From Scenedesmus sp. PABB004 (lineage: Eukaryota), in contig JABVCE010000015.1 of assembly GCA_014905635.1 (NCBI GenBank), positions 744,001 to 808,000 on the forward strand: DNA of 64,000 bases. Direction: 5' to 3'. The position numbers were made by a program, and so were the translations under genes. Below are positions 12,856 through 23,282 of the stretch, piece by piece. The number at the start of each line of letters is the position of its first letter. Position 1 is the first letter of the stretch. The notes below the pieces were generated by a model. The model worked only from the letters and a program-made list of their open reading frames with translations, had not been told where the DNA came from and did no database searches.

Positions 12856-15022
12856 ATGGCGAGCTGCGCAGCGCCAGCGGCGCCCCCGGCGCAAGGCCGC
12901 GCCCCGGCCGGCAAGCCAGGCCCGGGCGAGCCGCCCGGAGCTCGGTCTGAGCAGGAAGCCGCGCAGGACGTCGCGCTGGTCGAGGTGCGGCGCGCGCGGG
13001 GCTGCGCGCGCGTCGCTGCGGGGGCCGCTACTGCCTCCGGCGTTGGCGCGGCCGCCCGCGCGTCGCGTGCGTCCCGGGCGCAGCGCCCCGCGGTCCAGCA
13101 TCTCACGCTCGCGCGTTCCGCCGCAGGCCGACGCCTGCACCAGCGAGGCGGAGCTGCGGGCGGCGCTCGCGCCGTTCGGCCCGGTCGCGTGGGTCAACGC
13201 CGCCGGCGGGGGGCGCTTCCTGGTGCGCTTCGGCTCCCCCGACGCCCTGGACGCCGCCTGCCGCGCGCTGGACGGCAGCGCCTGGCGCGACGGCGCGCTG
13301 CGCCTCGCGCCGTGCGCCGGCGGCGCGCTGCTGCCCGCGCTCTCGGGCGGGCCCGACAGGTGCGCGCCGCGCCGCGCCGCGCCGCGCGGGCGGCCGCCGC
13401 GGGCCCTGGTGCTCGGCGGCTCGCGGCCAGCGGTGGCGGCGCCGGCGCCGCCGCGCGGCGGCGGCCGCTCACGCGCGCCGCCCCGCGCACGCCGCGCCTG
13501 GCGCCGCAGCCCCGCCGCGCGAGCCGACAGCATCCCCGCGATGATGCTGCCCGGCCAGCTGGACTACCTCGACAGCCTCGTCGCCGAGGAGGAGCCGGGC
13601 AGCCCGGGCGGCCCCTTCCCGGAGCTGCAGCCCTGCGCGCCCGAGTGGGCGCCGCGCGGCGCGCCGATGGACCTGCTGTCGCCGCTTGAGGATGAGGTGC
13701 TCAGCGCCGACGACTCGCCCATGCACAGGTGCAGCAGCGCGGGGCGGCAGCGGGCACTGCCGACCGCCGCCGCGCAGCGCTCCGACCCCGCGCGCTGACC
13801 CGTTCGCCCGCCCGCCGCCGCCGCCGCGGCGCGCCCGCATGCCCGCAGCTTCACAAGCGGCAGCGGCGGCGGGCCGAGCACGTGCCAGCTGTGGAGCCAG
13901 CGCTCCATCGGCGCGGTCGCGCGGAAGGACCTCGCCAAGTTTGCGGCGCTGCAGAGCCTCGTCGCGCAGCACAGCGGGGGCAGCACGCCCACGGCGGGCG
14001 GCCTCGCCGGGCCCAGCAGCGGCCTCGGCCTCGGCGCCGGCAGCCCCTGGGGCTCGTTCAGCGGCGCGTGCGGCAGCATGGACGCGGCGGCGGCGGCGCT
14101 GGGCGGCGGCGCGCGCCGCGCGTCCAGCCCCGCGGGCCACTCGCAGCAGTCGTTCACGCCGCGCTCCGGCTGCGGCAGCTTCTGTGGCGGCGCGGCGCTC
14201 GACGGCCGCCACAGCCCGAGCAGCGGCAGCGGCTGGCCCTGCCACCTCGTGCAGCTGCCCACCGACCTGGGCCTCGGCGATCAGCGCGGCTCGCCGTCGC
14301 CGCGGCTGCACCTGCAGCAGCAGGGCGCCGGCGAGCCCCTCGTGGCGCTCGCCGCCGGCGGCGCGCTGGTGCTGGACGGCGGCGCGCCGCCGCCTCCACC
14401 GCCGCCGCCGCCGCCGCCGCCGCTGCCACTCGGGCATCACCACGCGCTGCCGGGGCAGCACGTGCCGCCGCTGCCGCCGCCGCCGCCGTACGCTCAAGCC
14501 TACGGCAACTCTGACGGCCGCCTGTCAGGTGCGAGCGGCGAGCCCCCGCCGCGCGCGGCGGCCGCTGCGCGGGTCTCGGCGGCGGCGGCTCGGGGCGGCG
14601 CGGCTGACGGCCGCGCCGGCACTGCGCCCGCAGGCCGCTCGAGCCCGGTGCCGCCGCCGCCGCGCGCGCTGACGCCGGGTGGCTGCCACAGCCTCGCAGC
14701 GCCCTGGGGCAGCCCCAGCGCGTCGCCGCGCTTCGGCGGCCCGCCCGTGTGCGGGCCGCAGTCGCCGAGCGGCGGCTTCCGGGCGCCGCCGCGCGGCGGC
14801 ACGCGGCTGTTCCAGCAGGGCATGTCCAACCTGGGGCACGGCGGCGGGCCGTGCGGGCCGGCGGCGCACGCGCCCCACGCGCCGGGCTACGGCCACGACG
14901 CCGCGTTCCCTGGCTCGCCACAGCACCACCACCAGCAGCACCACCACCACCCCGGCGCGCCGCCGCCGCCAGGGCACCCAGCGTACCGCGGCGGCGGCAG
15001 CCCCCTGCCCCGCGGCCCGCAC

Positions 15023-15054
<32 letters not shown>

Positions 15055-16994
15055 CGGCTACGCGGCGTGCGGCTCGCCCGTGCCGCCGCTGTCGCCCGGC
15101 GGCGCGCGGGGCGGCTGCTTCGGCGCGCCGCTGCCGCACGTGTCGTCGGCCCCCGCCGGCATGCAGGAGGGCATGGCCGGCCGCCCCGGCGGCGCGGCGC
15201 CGGGGCACGGCCCGCCCGCGCACGGCCTCGCGCCCGCCGCGCTGCGCGCCGACGGCGCGCTGTTCGTGGCGGAGCTGCTCGGCCTGCTGCGGGACGGCGC
15301 CGGCGCCGGCGCCGCGGGCGGCAGCGCATTCCTGTCGCACCTCAGGGACCTGCTCGAGTGCGCGCTCGCGGCGCCGGCGCCGGCGCCGGCGCCCGAGGGC
15401 GGCGAGCCCGGCGCCGGCGCCCGTGGCGGCGGCGGCGCGGTCGTGGTCCCCGGCGCGGCCGCTGTGCCCTCGGCGCCCGTCGACGCTGCGGCCTTCCTGG
15501 GGCTGCTGCAGGAGGCGGCGGCGCCGCTGGTGGCCGCCGCTGCGTCTGCACGCGGCGCGGGCGGCGCCGGCGGCCTCGGCGCGCGCCGCGCGCCGCCCAG
15601 CGGCGGCGCCGACGGCTGCGGCGAGCTGCTGGGCGGCAAGGGCCTGCGGCCCATCCGCACGACGGTCGAGCGCGGCAGCGCCGGCGGCGGCGCCGACTTG
15701 GACGGCGACGCCACGCCGCCCGGTGGCCTGCTCCTGCGGCACGCGCAGCTCGCGCTGCGCGGCGGCAGCCAGCCCGGCAGCCCGCTGCTCTTCCCGCTAC
15801 ACCCGCGCACGACGACGTGCGGCGCGCGCGACGGCGGCGGCGGCGGCAGCGCGGGCGGCGCCGCGCCGGGCACGCCCGCGGGCACGCCGATGCTGCTCGC
15901 GCCGGCGACGCTGCCGGAGCTGCTCGCGGCGCGCGCGGCGCTGATGCGCATGATGCACAGCGCGCACGCCTTTGTGTGCAGCCCCGCGTATGGCGCGCTG
16001 GCCGCGCGCCTCGAGGGCGTGGCGGCGATCTACGACTCCATGCACGACGACCCGGTCGTGGTCAAGCGGCGCAAGTGCCGCGAGATGGCGGCGCTGCGCG
16101 GCGCGACGCGCGGCGACGCGGGCTTTGCGCGCGCGGTCGCGAGCGTGAGCGCGCTGCGCAACCACATCTACAGCCTCAGCCGCAAGGTCCTCATCGGCTA
16201 CGGCCACGTGGAGGGCCTGCCCCTGGACCTGCTCATCGGCGGCCTCACCTCCGAGCTCGCGGCCATTCTGGGCGACGCGCACGCGCTGCCGCCGGGCACG
16301 CGCGCGCACGCGCCGGGCGGCGGCGGCGGCGGCGAGGCCGGCGGCAGCGGCGCGGCGCAGCCGCCGCAGGCGCAGCCGCAGGGCTGCCTGCCGCCGCACG
16401 TGCTCCACTTTTTTGGCGCCGTGCTGCCGCTACCCAAGCTGGCGCTGCTGGTGTTTGCCGAGTTTGTGCCGGTCGACCCCGCGCCCTGCTGCGGCACCGA
16501 CGAGCCCTCCGGCGGCAGCGGCGGCGGCGTGGACAGCCCCGCGACGCCCAACGCCACCGCGGGCGGCGGCGGCAGCCCCGGCGGCGGCGCCGGCGGCGCG
16601 CCGGGCGGCGCCCAGGGCGCGCCGGCGCGCGAGGCGCCGCGCGGCAGCAACCTGCGCGGCCCGCGGCGCAGCAGCGCGAGCAGCGCGGACGCCTCGGCCG
16701 CCGCCGGCGCCGGCGGCTCGCCGGCCCACGAGCGCGTCGGAGCGCCCAGCGGCGGGCGCTGGAGCCGGGACGGCCCCGAGCCGCACCAGCACGGCCCGCC
16801 CGGCCGCGGCGCGGCGGGCGTGCGGGGGGCGCGGCGGCGGCGGCGGCGGCCGGCGCGGCCCCGCGCAGTTTGACCTGGCCGCCGAGGCGGCCGCGCTCGA
16901 GGCGGCTGCAAGCGCGGCGGCGCCGGTCGTGGCGGCGGTCGTGTGCGACCTGCCGCCCGGGCGCCGCCGCGGGAGCGGGAGCAGCAGCGGCTGA
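12856..16994 (+). CDS. Large uncharacterised protein: N-terminal RRM-like domain, long Pro/Gly/His-rich disordered region, C-terminal helical domain
   Basis: Spliced VALVE|ADACTSEAELRAALAPFGPVAWVNAAGGGRFLVRFGSPDALDAACRALDG resembles an RRM. The frame is continuous through predicted GT-AG introns (e.g. 12985-13126, 13360-13509). Complex segment LMRMMHSAHAFVCSP...SALRNHIYSLSRKVLIGYGHVEGLPLDLLIGG. The last exon and stop at 16994 are less certain. Confidence 0.65.
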
Positions 16995-18065
16995 GCGGCG
17001 GGCCACCTCGTAGCCACGCGCGCGCCTGGAGGAGGAGGAGGAGGCTCGCCGCGAGTACATGCCTGCGCAGGCAAGCGACCCCTCAACGCCCGCTCAGTGC
17101 GGCGGAACGACTGACGGCTCGGCGGTTCAACGCACCGGCGCGGCAGGCAGGCGGGCGCTAGCTAGGCCGTGGGGAGCAAGTGAGCGGCGGCGCGCGGAGC
17201 GCCGCATCGCGGCCTCGGGGTAGGCAGGTCAGGCAGGCGGGGCGGGCAGGCGCCAGGCGCACGGGCGGGTGGCACGGTTCGTTCCACCTCACTCATGGGT
17301 TTGTCGCGGCCGCCCTCGTGGGCGCCGCACATAAGGCCGTCGGGGCATGCGTGCGCCCCCGAGTTTTTGAGCCGCGCCGACGCGGCGGGGGCCGCCCCAT
17401 TGGGCGGGCGGCGGGGCGCCGCCCCGCCGCGCCCCCGCACGCGCGCGCGCGCGCGCGCGCGGACGGCCCGTGCTGTCCTGCGCCGCGCACGCGCGCGCCC
17501 CAGCAGACAAGCAGAGCTGAGAGCAGGCTCTCAGCGGCAGCAGCAGGCCGCAAGCGGCCGGGCAGGTGCCCTCCTCCCCTTGGCAGCAGGGTTTCGATGA
17601 ATCATTGATCGGCGGCGCGATGGTGCACTCTCTGTCATAGGCTCTCTGTGTCTTTCTCCTCCTAGCGTTTGCTGTGCTGACCGTTTAGAGCTCCCGCGCG
17701 CATCCGCGCCCTGGGCGCGCGCCCTGCGCGCCAGCACCCCCGCAGCACCCCCACAGCACGAGTCCCGCGGGTGGGCTGACACAGCGCCCCCGCCCTGCCA
17801 TGCTCGCCCCCCATTGATCCCGCTGGCGCCGCGCGCGGCTGTGACGAAACGCGGTTCACTTCCTGCCCGCCGGCCCTGCGCTCCGCTCGCGCCCGCCTGC
17901 GCGCCAGAGCTGGCGCGCCACCGGCAGATCCCTCCTGGACCGCTCCCACGCCGGCCCGCCCCCCGCAGCCGCCGCCGCAGCGCTTGGCGGTCTCGCGCCG
18001 CCCGAGCCCGCCGCCGCGCCGCCGCCGCCCGCGCCGCCCGGCCGCTGGCGCGTTCGTGACGCACC

Positions 18066-18297
18066 ATGTCCGCGCAACGCCCTCCCAAGCACAGCGCCGA
18101 GCTGGCGGCCGCGCTGGACGAGGACGCGCGGCGTTCGGCGGTCGACGCCGCGAAGAAGCGCGCCGTCGCGCAGGCCGTGGACTACGACACCTTCAAGAAA
18201 CTGGCACGCCACCGGGCTGGGCGCGGGGACGCGGTGGCAGCGGCGGACGCCTGCGGCGGCGCCCGCAGCGGCGGGGGCGGCCCGCCGACGCGGCGCC

Positions 18298-18345
<48 letters not shown>

Positions 18346-19287
18346 CGCGCCGCAGGTGTCGGTGGCGCACCTGAAGCCGCTGCAGGCGCCCTCCGTGCCA
18401 CCCCGGGGTGAGGGAGACAGGCTGCGCGCCGGCCAGCGCCGGCCGCCGCCAGCGCCCACCGCTGCGCGCCACCACCCGCGCAGGCCCCCTGCTGCCAGCG
18501 TGGCGGCTGGATCCCGGCGGCGCCTCTCCGCCAGCGGCGGCGCCCGGCACAGCGGCGCCCAGCGCCGGCGGCGCGCCCGCGCAGCCGGCGCCGCGCAGCG
18601 CGCTCGAGTTTGCGCGCGAGTGGCGGCGCAGCTGCCCCACGCCAGAGGCCAAGTACGGGTGCGTGCGGCCCGCCCCCCCGCTGCGCTGGGCGCTGCTCGC
18701 TGCGGCGGCTGTGTGGCCCCCGCCCGCGCGCGCGTGGACGGCCAGGGCCAGGGCGCGCCGCCGCTGCGTCTGCGCAGGCTGGTCAAAGCGTGCGGGCCCG
18801 CCGGCCTGGGCAGCCTGTTCCGCGTCGAGGTGCCGTGCGAGCTGCTGGGGCAGCTGCTCGTGGTGCTGCAGCAGCAGTGGCCGCTCGCGGCGGCGGCCGA
18901 CGGCAGCGGCTGCAGCGACAGGGGCGACGGCGGCGCCGAGGCGCGGGAGCAGCGCGAGGCGCGGCTGGTGGTGGAGCTGCTGCACAGCCTCGCGGGCGAG
19001 CGGCCGCGCCCGCCCGCCGCCGCGGGGCGGCGCGCGAGGGGGTCGTCCCGCGCCGCGCCGCGCCGCGCCTCTCCCGACGCGCTCGCACGCCCCCGCGCCT
19101 CGCAGGCGCCGGGCGCTTCGCGCTCAGCGCGCGCCTGCTGGGCGCCGCCGGCCGCGCCGCCGCGGCGCAGCTCGTCGCGGAGCTGGAGGCCGCGCTGCGC
19201 CGCGGCGGCGGCGCGGACGCGGAGCAGGCGCTGGGGCGGCTCGCGCGCGTCGCGGCGGCGCTCGGCGTGGGCGCGCCGGCGCGATGA
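18066..19287 (+). CDS. CCDC103: CCDC103 / dynein attachment factor (Dynein_attach_N + RPAP3_C)
   Basis: ELAAALDEDARRSAVDAAKKRAVAQAVDYDTFKKL|VSVAHLKPL matches the CCDC103 N-terminal domain. PRSALEFAREWRRSC...LGSLFRVEVPCELLGQLL...LLHSLAGAGRFALSARLL matches RPAP3_C. Three introns; 18204-18355 and 18996-19105 are GC-AG. Confidence 0.9.
18300..18344. repeat. (CTG)15 trinucleotide microsatellite in CCDC103 intron 1
   Basis: Directly visible; it produces the spurious poly-Leu/poly-Gln ORFs. Confidence 0.9.
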
Positions 19288-19559
19288 GAGGTGGCTCAGG
19301 GAGGCTGCCAGGGCTGTCCCCGTGCACACTTCTGTTTGATGCGGCGCCGGCGTCAAATTCCTGCGACAGCGCCGCCGCCGCCGCCGCCGGTGACAGCCAC
19401 GCGCAGCGCCGCCCGGCCCCACACTCTCTCCCCCCTGCAACGAACAGCTCGACGCGACCCGTGGCGACAGCAGCAGCGCGAGCATCTCGGAGCCAGCACC
19501 TGGCGCGAGCACCACGCCCTCCCCGGCGCGCGCTCGGCCCGTCACACTCGACGGGCGGC

Positions 19560-22500
19560 ATGGCGTGCCGCGCGGGCAGCGTACGCGCGGCGCTGCTGCT
19601 GGTCCTGGGGCTCTGCTGCGCCGCGGCGGCGGCGCCACGCATGGGCAGCGGCCGCGCGCCAGCAGCGGCGCCTCCGTATCTGTACATCGCCTTCGTCAAT
19701 GACGTGCACAACCGGCTCGACGAGGAGGCGCCCAGCGGATCGGCGACCTGCCGTGAGCCGCGCCCCGCCCGGTGCCGCCGCGGCGCCCGCTGCTCGGCCC
19801 GCGCCGCCCCAGCGCCGCGCCCCCGCCGCCGCCGCCGCCGCGCCCGCCGCCGCAGCCGAGGCCACGCGCGCCGCGGGGCAGTGCGTCGGCGGCTACGCGC
19901 GCGTCGCGACCGAGGTCCGCGCGCAGCGCGCGCGCGCCGCGGCCGAGGGCGCCGCCTTTCTGTTCCTCGACGCCGGGGACGAGTTCACGGGCACGCTCTT
20001 CGACGTGGTCTACAAGGGCCAGCTCACGGCGGAGGTGCAGAACCTGGTCAAGCCCGACGCCATGGTGCGCCGCGCGCGCTGCGGGGCCGCAGTCACGGCG
20101 CGCGCGCGCCGCCGCCCACGCGCCGCCGCCGCCCACGCGCCGCGCAGACGCTGGGGAACCACGAGTTTGACTACGGCGTGCCGGCGCTGGCGAGCTACCT
20201 CGGCAACCTCAGCGCGCCGGCGCTGGGCGCCTGCAACATCGACGCGCGCGGCGAGCCCGCGCTCGCGGCGCGGCTGCGCAAGTGGGTCGTGCTGCGGCGC
20301 CGCGCCGGCGGGCGCACGTACAAGGTGCGCGGCTCACACTCGCCAACGGCTGCGCTGATGATGATGATCGGCAGCAAGAGCTGCCTGCGCGCCATGCTGC
20401 CCCCCTCCACACACACACACACACACACCTTCCCCTCCCCCCCCCTCCACACACACCCCTGCAGATCGGCGTGTTGGGCTGGATCGCGCCCGACACGGGC
20501 ACCATGGCCGCGGCGGGCATGACGGGCGCGGCCAAGTTCAGCGCCGTGACGCCGTCGGTGCGCGCGTGCCTCGCGGCGCTGCGCGCGGCCGAGCCCGGCC
20601 TCGACCTGGTCGTCGGCCTCTCCCACGCGGGCATCGCGAGCGACCTGGAGACGGCGGCGGCGGTGCCCGGCCTCGATCTCATCGTCGGTGGGCACAGGTG
20701 GGGGCGGCAGCGTGGGGCGCGGCCGGGCCGTTGCCCGCGGGCCGCAGGTGGCGCGCCGCGCGCGGCGGGCGCGCGCGGCGCACCTCGAGCTGGCCGCTCG
20801 GAGCTGACGCGCGTGCGCACGCTCGCGCGCCCGCCTGTGCAGCCACACCTTCCTCAGCTCGCCGCCCGAGCTCGGCGGGCCGGTCGTCACGCCGGGGCCC
20901 AACACGACGCGCGCCAACTGCGTGGCGCTCGGCGCGTGCGACCGGCCGGCGGGGCCGTACCCGACCTTCGTTGGCGGCGTGCCGATCGTGCAGGCGCGCG
21001 GGGCGCGAGGCGCGGGGCGCGGCGGGGCGCGGCGGCGGCAGCGGCGGCGGCGAGGGCCGGCGCGCCGCCCATGCCCCTGCCGCGACCCAGCGCCCGCTCG
21101 CTGCCTGCCTTCACTGCCCCGCCGCCCTGCGCCCTCCCCCAACCTCAACCAAACACACACACACAAACACACACAGGCCTACTACTCCTCAAAGTATCTC
21201 GGCCTGGTCAAGGTCAACCTTAACACCAAGAAGCTCGCCGCGGGGCCGCAGCCGCTGCTGCTCGGCGGGCCGCGCAGCGGCCGCCCCGTCGCGCAGGCGG
21301 CCGACGTCGCGGTGCTCGTCGCGGCGCGGCGGGGGCCGGTGGACGCGCTGCTCAACCTCACCGCCGGTGCGCGCGCGGCGGGGATTGGCCGCGCTGCCGA
21401 GCCGGCCGCGCGCACTCGGCCGCGCGCCGGCGGGCGCCGACCGCCGCCGCCGCCGCGCAGGGCGCACGCTGGTGCCGCTGGAGGGCACGTTCAGCGTGAG
21501 CCGCAGCAACGAGACGAACCTGGGCAACCAGATCTGCGACGCCCTCCTGCGCGCCTCGCCGACCGGGTTTGGGCCCGTCAACATCGCGCTGCTGAACGCG
21601 GGCGCCATTCGCAGCGGCGCCGAGGCACGCGCCGCGCGCCGCGCGCGCGCGCGCCCGCCGCCGCCGCCGCCGCCGCCGGCGCGGCGCTCCTGCGGCGGTG
21701 CGCCGTGACCCCGGCCGCCGCGGCCGTGCACCTGCGCACCCGCGCCCGCAGGCCGGCGTGCTGAGCGTGGGCCAGGTCATGGCCATCCTGCCCTTCGGCA
21801 ACGTCAACGTGCTGGTCAACGTGACCGGCGCGACGATCGCCGCCGCGCTGCAGCACGGCCTCAGCGGCTTCCCCTCGAGCGGCCGCTTCCTGCAGGCGCG
21901 CGCGCCGCGCTGTGCTGCTCTGCGCAGCGCTGGGCCGTGCTGGGCTGCGCTCGGCTGCGGCGGCGCGGGCGCCGACCGCGGCGCGCGTGCTGCGCCGCAG
22001 GTGGCGGGCCTGCGCGTGCTGCACCGCGACGGCGCGCTGCTGAGCGCGTCGCTGCTCTCGCCAAACGGCACGGCCGCGCCGCTCGACCCGGCGGCCACCT
22101 ACCTGGTGGCCACGTCCCTGTACCTGCTGCAGGTGTGTGGCCGTCAGGGCCCTAAACCTCAACGGCTGCTCGCCGCGCGCGCGCCTCCGCCTGCGCGCGC
22201 GCGCGGCACCGCTGGCGCGCCCGTCCCGCGCCGCTCCCTCGCTCCCCCTTTCTCCCTCTCTCTCTGGCGCGCGTGGCGCGCGGCGGCCCACTCCCTCGCT
22301 CCCTCCCTCGCGCGCCGCACCTGCCAGGGCGGCGACGGGTTCAACCTCACCGGCGCTGGCGTGCTCGTGCCCTCGGGCCTGCCGGACAACGAGATGTTCC
22401 TGGCAGACCTCCAGCGCTTCCCTCAGGGGGTGCGCAGCACCGCAGCCGCCCGCGCCCGCCCGCTGCCCGGGCTGCACGCCCGCCGCGCGCGCGCGCAGCC

Positions 22501-22671
22501 GGCCCGGCGCCGCCGGCGCGGCGCCGCAGGCTGGGCCGGCCCCTCAGGCCCGCCGGCCCTGCGTGCCCCCGGCCCCCGCCGCCGCAGATCTCGCCGGTGA
22601 CCTCCAACCGCATCGTCAACTGCGCCGTGGCGCCGACCTTCCCGGGCTGCCAGCAGCAGCGGCGGACGTGA
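19560..22671 (+). CDS. Secreted 5'-nucleotidase/apyrase-family metallophosphoesterase
   Basis: Signal peptide (RAALLLVLGLCCAAAAA). Motifs NDVHNR, CVGGYARV, FLDAGDEFTGTLF, TLGNHEFDYG, VGLSHAG, DLIVGGHSHT, VPIVQAYYSSKYLG, ETNLGNQICDA, NAGAIRS, ILPFGN, GRFLQVAG, YLLQGGDGF. TGA at 22669-22671. Confidence 0.93.
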
Positions 22672-22985
22672 ATGAACGAGCGAGGGGCGCGTGGGCGCGC
22701 GTGTCTGGGTGTGGGGGCATGCGCGGCCGCGAAGCGCCCGGGATTGCTCCCCGCTACTGGGAAGAGTCCAAGTCATTCGTTTTCCATCTGTTGCACGCGG
22801 CTGAGAGAGCGCTGCGCTGCGCTGCGCGGCCGGCGCGGGCGCGCCGTCGTAACCGTCCCCTGGCCGACCCGCGGCTCCCGTGCCCGTGCGGGCGCCGCCC
22901 ACCCCCGCACTCCCACCAGCGTGCGCGCCCCAACCAGCGCAACCAACCCAACGCCCCCCGCAACGCCGACCCCAGCGCTCAGCGC

Positions 22986-23247
22986 TCAGTGCTCTGCCGA
23001 GCCCTCGGCCGACGGCGGCCCGCGGCGCGCGCGTGGCGCCGCAGCGCCGGGCCGCTGCTCGTCGTCGTCGTCGTCCCTGCGCGGGCGGCGCGTGTGGCGT
23101 GCGCGCGGGCGCTGCGCGGGCCTGGCCGCCGGCCGCCCAGCATGGGCAGCAGCCCTCGACCCTTCCCGCCCCCGCCAGCCCCGCACCCATCAATGTAGGT
23201 TGAGAGGCCAAGGAACATTTTCATTGCGCTCGGGTGGGACGACGACA

Positions 23248-23282
<35 letters not shown>

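Noticed and set aside
17280..17700. Lower-GC intergenic patch with possible C/D-box-like words (CGATGA...CTGA)
   Set aside because: No canonical box C, terminal stem or recognisable rRNA guide, so a snoRNA or snRNA call cannot be supported.
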